Assembly (NCBI GenBank): GCA_963666365.2
Contig: CAXXNF010000001.1
Coordinates: forward strand, 217,281 to 281,280
DNA: 64,000 nt
Direction of reading: 5' to 3'
Source of the DNA: Syntrophales bacterium
Lineage (GTDB): Bacteria; Desulfobacterota; Syntrophia; Syntrophales; UBA2210
Both the position numbers and the translations under genes were made by a program. This document shows, piece after piece, positions 26,851 through 35,300 of the stretch. Each line of letters opens with the position of its first letter. Position 1 is the stretch's first letter. Under the pieces are notes generated by a model. That model saw nothing but the letters and a program-made list of their open reading frames with translations. It made no database searches and was not told the DNA's origin.

Positions 26851-29649
26851 TTAGTAGACCTGCCTATAAAGTGCCAGCACGTCACCCGGATCGGTCACAG
26901 GACGGGGATTGAAAAGAACGGTGGCATCCCCTAATGCGTGGAATGCAGCTATTTCAAGCCCATCCTCGGTAACCCCTACATCACGCAGACGAAGCGGGTG
27001 TTTGACCGAGTTAATAAGTTTTTCTATATCATCCGCCGCCGCCAGAGCTGCATCACGATTACTCATGCCCGGTTCTCTGATGCCCAGGGCCTCTGCCACC
27101 ATGGCCAGTTTGTCCGTGGCATGGTCCACATTGAAGCGCATCACTTTGGGAAGCATGATGCCACAGGCCATACCATGAGGAATGTCATACAGCGCTCCGA
27201 GTGTGTGAGCCGTGGCGTGCGCAAGCGCGGTCTGAGTCATGTTGATTGCCCAACCCGCCATTGTGGCCGCAGTCTGAAGATTGCCTCTTGCTTCCTCGTC
27301 CTGACCGTTGGCCATTACCTTTGGAAGATTTTCCTTGATCAACCGTATGGCATGCATGGCATTCCCGTCGCTGAACGCATGCGGCATGGCTCCGGTAAGC
27401 GATTCTATGGCGTGCGTCATGGCATCCATGGCAGTCTGCGCCGTTAGCGAAGGCGGAAGGGTAACGGTGAAACAGGGATCGAGAATCGCGACATCGGGCA
27501 CAATATAGGGGTCCAAAATGAACACCTTCCGGCCTGCCACTTTACTCTTGATCACGCATGCATTGGTCACTTCGCTTCCTGTCCCGGAAGTCGTCGGAAT
27601 CACGATGTGGGGGGTCTGGCGCTCGGTGAGGCGCATGAGAGTGATGTGATCGTCCGCTTTTCCCCCGTTTTTCAATGTCACACATGCCGCCTTGCCCGTA
27701 TCGATGACGCTGCCTCCTCCCACACTGACGATGCAGTCGGCATTCAGTGCACGGGCCAGTTCGGTGGCCTCATCGACTGTGTCAAGATCGCTGTCATGCC
27801 CGATTTTATCGAAAACACCCACACAAAAATCTCCCAGGGCATTCTGGACCATCTGAGCAAGCCCTGCATCACGGACCCCCTTATCGGTCAGAACAAGTGC
27901 CCGGGTACATTTCAAACTGGCAACCTCCTTGGCAATCGAAGCGAGACATCCCTTTCCCGAAATAACGTTTGTGTGGGAGTGAAACGGCAGGAAATTGCCC
28001 ACCTTCGGGTTGTCGCTGACTAAATGCCACATGGTGAAATTAGTATCCGGATTGGCATAGGAGCTCACATGCACCCTCTTGACCTGTGTATATTCCCGCA
28101 ATCCGATCTCGCCCAGTTCGCGGCCGACGCCGGATTGCTTGTACCCGCCGAAAGGCGCAAAATCACCGAAGGCATGGTAACTGTTGATCCACACCGTGCC
28201 CGTGCGGATCCTGTGGGCAATCTTTTGTGCCCGTTCGCTGTTCCTGGAAAATACCCCTCCGGCCAACCCGTAGGGGGAATCATTGGCGATGGAGACGGCC
28301 TCGTCCTCATCATCGTACTTTATCACACACACAACCGGTCCGAAAATTTCTTCCTGAGCGATTTTCATCGAGTTCTTTACATCCGTGAAGATGGTAGGCG
28401 CGAAGTAGTACCCGCCCATACCGGTGATCTCGACCCTTTTGCCGCCCGCGGCGATACGGGCCCCCTCTTTCTGCCCCAATTCCACGTAACTCTCAACCTT
28501 TGCCAGCTGAACGTCATTGACAAGGGGTCCGAGATGGGATTCCGGAAGGAGTTGATATCCTATCTTCATGGCATCGGCCCGTTTTTTCAGCTTTTCTACA
28601 AATTCATCGTGCATCGTTGCCGGAACGAGAATACGCGTCCCCGATTCGCACACCTGCCCCTGATGCCAGAATGTTCCGAATGCCGCAGTAGCAGTTGCCA
28701 GTTTCATATCGGCGTCGTCGAGTATTATGTTAGCCGATTTGCCGCCCAACTCCAAAGTCACCTTCTTGACCGTTTCCGAGGCCAATCTCATAATTGTGCG
28801 GCCCACCTCAGTGCTGCCGTTGAGGGATATCTTGTCCACAGCAGGATGTGTAGAGAGCACGTCCCCGAGTTCTGCACCGGGCCCGGGAAGAATATTGACG
28901 ACACCCGCCGGAATACCCGCCGCCTGGGCGGCCTCGCCTATGATACATGCACTCAGCAGCGTTGAGGAGGCCGGTTTCACCACGATGGTGTTGCCCATGA
29001 CAATGGCGTGGGCAATCTTCCATACCGCCTGAAGCGATGGGAAGTTCCACGGAACGATGCCCACGCATACTCCAATCGGTTCGCGCCGTATATAATCGCG
29101 CCCCGGGGCGAACACATTACCGGAACTCAATATTTCCTCTTCCCAGGGAAACTTGTGGACCGCGTAATAGGCGAAGTTACGAAGGGCCCCCTGGCACATC
29201 ATTCCCCATAATGAACTGAGTCTTATGCACTGTCCCGAATCCATCGCTTCGACCATGGCGATGCGCAACGACTGCCTGGCTATCTCATCGGCAAAGAGGT
29301 ACACGATATCAGCACGTGCCCGCGGGCTCAGTCCGCTCCACTCCCCCCTGTCAAAGGCCTTCCTGGCCGCCATGACAACTTTTTCCGCATCGGCCTGGGT
29401 GGCTTTCGCCACAGTAGCAAAGGGCTGTCCCGGATATTCCGCAGCGAGGATTTGGAGACGTCCGTCAGTCTGATATACGACTATTTCAAGAAATATATAC
29501 CGCTCGACTTCATTACCATCGTTGTCTACGATGCAACGCAGCATGCCGTACAACACCGGATTCACTCCACCGATGCCGGCATAATCCTTGTGGAAGAACT
29601 TATAAAATTTTCTGAGGATACGAAAAAAGAAGCTCAAGATCTCTTTCAC
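26851..29649 (-). CDS. Fusion of a non-acylating NAD(P)-aldehyde dehydrogenase (N-terminus) and an iron-containing alcohol dehydrogenase (C-terminus)
   Basis: ALDH motifs VTLELGGKSANII, HQGQVCESGTRILV and EEIFGPVV. The Fe-ADH half has SVGGGSVIDTGKA and HAxxH-type motifs (AHATAHTLG). The true start may be the internal ATG at 29544 (MLRC...). Confidence 0.8.
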   Translation of the reverse strand: MKEILSFFFRILRKFYKFFHKDYAGIGGVNPVLYGMLRCIVDNDGNEVERYIFLEIVVYQTDGRLQILAAEYPGQPFATVAKATQADAEKVVMAARKAFDRGEWSGLSPRARADIVYLFADEIARQSLRIAMVEAMDSGQCIRLSSLWGMMCQGALRNFAYYAVHKFPWEEEILSSGNVFAPGRDYIRREPIGVCVGIVPWNFPSLQAVWKIAHAIVMGNTIVVKPASSTLLSACIIGEAAQAAGIPAGVVNILPGPGAELGDVLSTHPAVDKISLNGSTEVGRTIMRLASETVKKVTLELGGKSANIILDDADMKLATATAAFGTFWHQGQVCESGTRILVPATMHDEFVEKLKKRADAMKIGYQLLPESHLGPLVNDVQLAKVESYVELGQKEGARIAAGGKRVEITGMGGYYFAPTIFTDVKNSMKIAQEEIFGPVVCVIKYDDEDEAVSIANDSPYGLAGGVFSRNSERAQKIAHRIRTGTVWINSYHAFGDFAPFGGYKQSGVGRELGEIGLREYTQVKRVHVSSYANPDTNFTMWHLVSDNPKVGNFLPFHSHTNVISGKGCLASIAKEVASLKCTRALVLTDKGVRDAGLAQMVQNALGDFCVGVFDKIGHDSDLDTVDEATELARALNADCIVSVGGGSVIDTGKAACVTLKNGGKADDHITLMRLTERQTPHIVIPTTSGTGSEVTNACVIKSKVAGRKVFILDPYIVPDVAILDPCFTVTLPPSLTAQTAMDAMTHAIESLTGAMPHAFSDGNAMHAIRLIKENLPKVMANGQDEEARGNLQTAATMAGWAINMTQTALAHATAHTLGALYDIPHGMACGIMLPKVMRFNVDHATDKLAMVAEALGIREPGMSNRDAALAAADDIEKLINSVKHPLRLRDVGVTEDGLEIAAFHALGDATVLFNPRPVTDPGDVLALYRQVY

Positions 29650-29678
29650 GGAAATACCAACATACGCTACATCCCGAA

Positions 29679-30710
29679 TTGGTCATTGCCCATCTGAGAG
29701 AACGTATTATTTCCCATAATCGGGAACTCCGGAAAAGACGGGGGCAGAACGCCGCAGAGGGAACAACCGGCCTGCAGGATGTCATGTCACAGGTCGAACA
29801 GGTGGCAAAGCTCCACACCCCGGTACTGCTCATCGGCGAAACCGGCGCCGGCAAGGAGCTGCTGGCCACTACAATCCATCACCTGTCAAAACGCTCCTAT
29901 GGCCCGCTTGTCAGCATAAACTGCGGAACGCTCGCGGAAACATTGCTCGACAGCGAATTGTTCGGCCAAGAGAAAGGGGCCTTTACCGGCGCCAGCTCTC
30001 TAAAAAAGGGGATTTTCGAACAGGCGGATGGGGGCTCGATTTTCCTCGATGAGATCAGCGAATTATCAAAACAGGCCCAAGTGAAGTTGCTCAGAGTACT
30101 TCAAACCATGGACTTTCGCCGTGTCGGGGGGCCGAGGCCTATCTCCGTCGATGTGCGGGTAATTGCAGCGACGAATCGGGATATTGCCGGGATGGTGCAA
30201 CATCAGGAATTCAGAAAGGACTTATGGTTTCGGCTTAACACATTTCCCATTAAAATCCACCCTTTGAGGAATCGCAAAGAAGACATCCCTATTCTTGCGG
30301 AATATTTTGCCAACCGTCTTTCAGTAGAAATGAATCTTCCCTATCAGTATCGTTTTGCACCGCATGCCATGGCGCAACTCCAAGAATACGGCTGGCCGGG
30401 AAACGTCAGGGAACTGGAGAATGCCATTGAAAAGTCACTGATTGTCAGCAGGGGAGCCCAATTGTCATTTCCCTATCTCAATGCGGCACTCCCCAAAGAT
30501 TTTCCCCTCTATCCCGACGATGACGAAGGCACACCTCCAACCATGAATGAAGTGATGACGCGTCATATCATGCGTGTCCTTCAACTCACCAGTGGCCGGA
30601 TCGAAGGGAAAAGAGGAGCAGCCGAGATCCTCGGCATGAAACCATCGACGCTGAGAGCAAGAATAAAAAAGCTTGGAATTAGGATATCAAAATCTCCGTA
30701 TTTCACGTGA
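29679..30710 (+). CDS. Sigma-54-dependent transcriptional activator consisting only of an AAA+ core and an HTH (no sensor domain)
   Basis: Walker A GETGAGKE, ELFGQEKGAFTGA (GAFTGA loop), GSIFLDEI and a C-terminal Fis-type HTH (AAEILGMKPSTLRARIKKLGI). TTG start, with only about 30 aa ahead of the AAA+ core. Confidence 0.8.
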   Translation: MVIAHLRERIISHNRELRKRRGQNAAEGTTGLQDVMSQVEQVAKLHTPVLLIGETGAGKELLATTIHHLSKRSYGPLVSINCGTLAETLLDSELFGQEKGAFTGASSLKKGIFEQADGGSIFLDEISELSKQAQVKLLRVLQTMDFRRVGGPRPISVDVRVIAATNRDIAGMVQHQEFRKDLWFRLNTFPIKIHPLRNRKEDIPILAEYFANRLSVEMNLPYQYRFAPHAMAQLQEYGWPGNVRELENAIEKSLIVSRGAQLSFPYLNAALPKDFPLYPDDDEGTPPTMNEVMTRHIMRVLQLTSGRIEGKRGAAEILGMKPSTLRARIKKLGIRISKSPYFT

Positions 30711-30756
30711 AGAAAACGGGGCCGGACCTACCTGACGGCATTTCCCATAGGAGAGA

Positions 30757-31146
30757 CTACTGATCAAGCGGGCGACAATAATTATCTACTACTACTCCCC
30801 CGGGGAAAGTCACACATATGTGGTTAATAACGCGAATGTCTGGCATGCGTATTGGAGGATATCTTCGGAGGCATTCATCCATCCAGTAGTCAGGAGTGGT
30901 ATAGTTGTTTGCACAATGCCACGGTCTGCATCCAAGTCCGAATCTCCAACAGGTGGGAGTCTCAATTACTCCCAGTTCTATCGAATTCTGTGGAGCAAAC
31001 GTATTATAATTTTTATGATTATCCATTAAATCGAAAACATGCGTCTGTAATTGCCAACATCTCGCTACATTAGGACAGTCAGCACCCGCTATCGCAGGAA
31101 CGATGAGAAGTGCGAGCGCCATGCATTCAACCGCGATTCTTTTCAT
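30757..31146 (-). CDS. Secreted 8-Cys protein, paralog A (unknown family)
   Basis: Signal peptide MKRIAVECMALALLIVPAIAGA, then a mature part with 8 Cys. It shares the block IETPTCWRFGLGCRPWHCANNYTTPDYW with paralog B. AAGGAGG RBS. Confidence 0.6.
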   Translation of the reverse strand: MKRIAVECMALALLIVPAIAGADCPNVARCWQLQTHVFDLMDNHKNYNTFAPQNSIELGVIETPTCWRFGLGCRPWHCANNYTTPDYWMDECLRRYPPIRMPDIRVINHICVTFPGGVVVDNYCRPLDQ

Positions 31147-31212
31147 TATGTGCCTCCTTGTCGCATTCCCGTAATATTGTTTCCTTACCGCTTCCTCACT
31201 GCCGATGGTTAT

Positions 31213-31241
31213 AAATTACGCTCGGGTAAGCGAGTTGTCAA
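31213..31241 (-). promoter_or_regulatory. Candidate sigma-70 promoter of Cys-rich paralog A
   Basis: On the minus strand: TTGACA (31241-31236), 17 nt, TAATTT (31218-31213). The same architecture is conserved upstream of paralog B, and the spacer holds a small CTCG..CGAG dyad. Confidence 0.4.
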
Positions 31242-31318
31242 GATCCCTTTACTACGGGCTGCTGTCGGAGGTAAATGGGGGTTTTTTTGAGGAGACCTTC
31301 ATTGTCCCGTAGATAAGA

Positions 31319-31690
31319 CTACTGATTAAGCGGGCGGCAGTAATCATTGACCACTATTCCACCGGGAAAGGTCACACATATCTTGGGATCAAGGTTAAAT
31401 TGCCTGTTAAGTGCGATAGGAAACCTTCTGATACATTCGTCTATCCAGTAGTCAGGAGTGGTATAGTTGTTTGCACAATGCCATGGTCTGCATCCAAGTC
31501 CGAATCTCCAACAGGTGGGGGTCTCAATTGTTCCTATTTCGACTGATTGCTGAACAATAGTTGTCGACGGACTAAGACCAAATCCCCATTGGAGTACCCA
31601 ACATCTTGCTGTATCAGGACAGTCAGCACCCGCTATCGCAGGAACGATGAAAAGAACGAGCACCATGCATGCAACCGCGATCCATTTCAT
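31319..31690 (-). CDS. Secreted 8-Cys protein, paralog B (unknown family)
   Basis: The ATG at 31690 (MKWIAVACMVL...) aligns with the paralog A start. The longer track ORF start (MTRRHT) is really the AAGGAGG RBS read as codons. Confidence 0.6.
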   Translation of the reverse strand: MKWIAVACMVLVLFIVPAIAGADCPDTARCWVLQWGFGLSPSTTIVQQSVEIGTIETPTCWRFGLGCRPWHCANNYTTPDYWIDECIRRFPIALNRQFNLDPKICVTFPGGIVVNDYCRPLNQ

Positions 31691-31746
31691 TGTGTGCCTC
31701 CTTGTCATGCTCCCGTAGTCTTGCTTCCTTATCGCCGTCGGGTGTG

Positions 31747-31775
31747 AATTTACGCTCGGTTACGCGAGTTGTCAA
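31747..31775 (-). promoter_or_regulatory. Candidate sigma-70 promoter of Cys-rich paralog B
   Basis: On the minus strand: TTGACA (31775-31770), 17 nt, TAAATT (31752-31747). Homologous to 31213-31241. Confidence 0.4.
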
Positions 31776-31854
31776 GCCGCTTTTAATAAGAAGCCCCCTT
31801 TAATATGCATGTTCTTATGACGTAAGACATTTACCTTGGTCCGTCTCCAAGATA

Positions 31855-32253
31855 TCACCGCTCGCTGATGCACTGAAGTACGTAGATCGCTTCCGTCAAA
31901 TCAATGCGGTCGTCGGCATTCACGTCGCCCCCGATAAAAGTCAACCCCGTATCCATACTGCAGGCGAGTTTGGCCGCCACGATCGCGTCCTCAAGTCCGA
32001 TAACACTATCGGCGTTCACGTCTCCGGGTATAGATCCCTCCACAAGGCGGAGGATATTCCCCATGGCGTCGTAGGTATAGCGGATGATCTTGCCGTTGTC
32101 GTAATTGACCCCCGTGAGCCTTCCCGCCTGGTCGTAGGTATAGGTAACGGTTCCGGCCCCGGCAGCAAGGGGCGCCCCGATACACAGAATCAAAAGAACA
32201 GCCACCCAGGTTTTTCCCGACCTGCTTGCATTCCTCGCTTCACTCCTGAACAT
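31855..32253 (-). CDS. Small secreted protein with two YD repeats plus a dockerin-like double Ca-loop module
   Basis: Signal peptide, then TYTYDQAGRLTGVNYDNGKIIRYTYDAMGNILRL, GDVNADSVIGLEDAIVAAKL and GDVNADDRIDLTEAIYVLQ. The ATG at 32253 has a GAGG RBS. It lies 79 nt downstream of the RHS gene. Confidence 0.65.
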   Translation of the reverse strand: MFRSEARNASRSGKTWVAVLLILCIGAPLAAGAGTVTYTYDQAGRLTGVNYDNGKIIRYTYDAMGNILRLVEGSIPGDVNADSVIGLEDAIVAAKLACSMDTGLTFIGGDVNADDRIDLTEAIYVLQCISER

Positions 32254-32332
32254 ATGCACACCTCACAATTCCCGAGAATATAAAAATGAGTCGAACGTAG
32301 ACTTGCCCCTATCTCCCGGAAAATCCGTTTTG

Positions 32333-35300
32333 CTATTCGGGGGAAAAGCCCATCCTTTTGAGTTCTTTTTCGGCTGCGTCCACACTTTGCCTGAAGGATT
32401 CAGCCTGCTCCATGCGCTCCCGTGCACTATATATCTCTGCCTCACAGTCCTGGATGAGACCGGCGATTGAGGGAGAGTCATAGTGACCAGCTGCCTCATC
32501 TAAAATTTTATCCAGCAGTGCGTATTCCTTATGAATTATCTCTTTGTTTTTCGGCTGTTCGAGTTCACGGATTTTCGCCCTCCCCTCGGAGACCCTCTTC
32601 AACAATGCGTTGACCTTCTTCTCGATCCGGACCGCTTTTTGCTGCATTTCCCTTCTTCCCATAAAGGACAACTTCTTGATAATCTTAATGCTATGGGCAA
32701 GAAAACAACGAACCATGTGAAGATCAAAATCTTCGCAGTCTTCATACAGGTCCGCATGATCAATGCAGCTCTGGTAAACCAATGCTTCAGTCTTTGCACG
32801 TTCATACTCCCGATGCAGATCGAGGAACTCTGAGGGAGTCATCGTTGCAGTCGGCGCAAAGCCCGTTACGTCCACCGTGGAAACAGGATTGGCGTAGGCG
32901 TAGAGGTAGGGATTGAGCATATGCAGATCCGGCTCCTGGGGCCGGAGGGGTTCCGGCGACAGAAATCGACCGTTCCCTGCATCGTAGTAACGGGCACGTA
33001 TGTGGAAGAGATCTCCGCCCTCGCCTTCCTGGCGCACCCCCCACTTGCCCGCATAGGTAAAGAACTGGAGGCTTTCGCCCTGGTGCCCCAGGACCCGGCC
33101 GTAGGGAGTATAGGCGTAGGCGTCCGTCACCAGCCCGTTTTCATCCGTGAGGGCCAGTGTCGAACCGGTCAGATTGAAATGGTAGAACCTGACCGAGGGC
33201 TCCGCCGTCGCCATGCCTATGCTGTAGAGGAGCTCTCCCTCTGGACTCCATACGTAATAACGGGTCACCGTGCCGGTCGCTCCCACCTCCTCCGCCACGA
33301 CGGGATGGAGACCGATGCCGTAGTTGTAGTGGTAGCGGGTGGTGCTGTCGTCTTCGGTCCGGGTCAGGAGATCCCCCATTCCGTTGTAGGACAGGTCTGT
33401 GTCGTCCACCCTCGCAAGCAGGGATTCCGCGTTCCACTGGAAACGGTGCGAGGGCGATGAGGTGGTGTTGCCCGCATTGTCCGAGGAATGACCGGGGGAT
33501 TGCGGGCTGCAGGCGCTGTCGTATGCGTAGTGGCGTGTGCGAAAGCCCAGCGCTTCGGCAGGATCCAGGGGCACGGTCATGTCCGCGGAGACGACCTGGC
33601 CTGCATTGTCCAGGGTGTAGGCGCAATCGACGATGCTGCCTTCCTGTATGCGTACAAGTTCGCCCGCACCGTTGTAGGTGTAGGTCCCGTTGACGCCGTT
33701 TGAACGGGTGATCCCGGTGAGACGCCGGTCCCGGTCGTATGAAAGGGTCATCCACGTGCCGGTCAGGGTATCACCCAGGCCGGTGAGCAGTCCCGTGTCC
33801 CCGTCATAGGAATAATCCACATTGAAGTCGTTCCCGTAGGATGCCGTTACCAGCCGCCCTGCCCCGTCATAGACGGCGCCGAAAGTCTTTCCCCCTGTGG
33901 AGGTGGTTTCAACCAGTCCTTCGGCATCCCTTGTCAAAATGAGACCTTCGGTGGAGGTGAGACGGCCGAGTTCGTCGTATTCATAGGTGAAAACGGTCCC
34001 GTCTGAGCAGGTCTTCCCGGTGACGTTTCCTGCGGCATCCCTGATGAGAGACACGCTACGCCCGTCGGATCCGGTCTCGGAGGAGACCCTTCCCTGATTG
34101 TCGTATTCATAGGTTATTTTATACCCGGAAGGAGTGGCGGCCGATTCCATGCGGCCGGATTCGGAACGGGTAAAAGGCCAGGAATTGCCCCTTCTGTCCG
34201 TAATACCGGTGAGCGCACCCATGGCATCGTACTGAAGGGTCATGGTACCGGTTTCCGGAAGGGTGATCGACGAGAGGTTGCCGCCGGGTCCATATGCAAG
34301 ACCGCCGGTCCTGCCCAGGCCGTCGGTGACCGAGATGATCCTGTTCATGGCATCCCACTCAAAATAAATGCTGCGGCCGCAGGCATCGGTCATCCGGGTC
34401 ACCTGCCCCAAAGCGTCCGTCACGTATCCGGTGGTATACCCCAGGGGTGTGGTGCGGGAACTCACCACGCCTTCCGCGTCGTAGGCGGTCTGCCACGTGT
34501 CTCCGCCCCGGGTCATACCGACCAGACGGCCAAGGGAATCGTAATGAAAAACGCTTGCCACACTCGCAGGGTCGGTCATGGAGGAAATCCGCCCCATGGT
34601 ATCGTAACCGGTTGTGGTTACCGCCCCGGTCCTGTCGGTGGCGCTTACCGTCCTGTCCATATCGTCAAAAACCAGGGATGCGGCATTTCCCGTGGGATCG
34701 GTAATCGAGGTCAGGTTTCCGTTCGTATCGTAGGTGAATTGATAGGTGCTGCCGGTGGGATGGGTGATTCCGGTTATACGGTCGTTCCCGTCGTAGTCCA
34801 TGGTGGTGGTGGAAGTTCCCGCCACGGTAATACCGGTTCGCCTGCGCATGGCATCGTAGGTGAATGCGGCGGTCACGCCGTCGGGATCGGTTGCGGATGC
34901 GGCGGTCCCGTCGGTATTGTAGGTATAGGTAGTAGTGCCTCCCACAGGATTGGTGCTCGAGGTCATGCGGCCCTGTTCGTCGTAAACAAATGTCCATGTC
35001 TCGCCGGAGGGGTCCGTCATGGAGGTAATATTCCCTCTTTCATCGTAGGCCAGGCCAAGGGATGTCCCGTCAGGGTAATCTTCCTTTGTCGGGTCGTGAA
35101 ACGTGAAGTTCACTGACTCTTCGTCTTCCGGGTGGCTGAATGTCTGCTCCTGTGAGGTATAGGTATAAGAAATCCTGTTTCCGAGTGCATTGGTCACCGA
35201 AGTCGTAAAACCGGTGTCGGGGTCCGACGTCAAGGTCGCCACCCCGCCGAGCCGGTCGGTGACGCCTGTGATTTCGTCCCGGACGGAGTCGGATGAAAAT

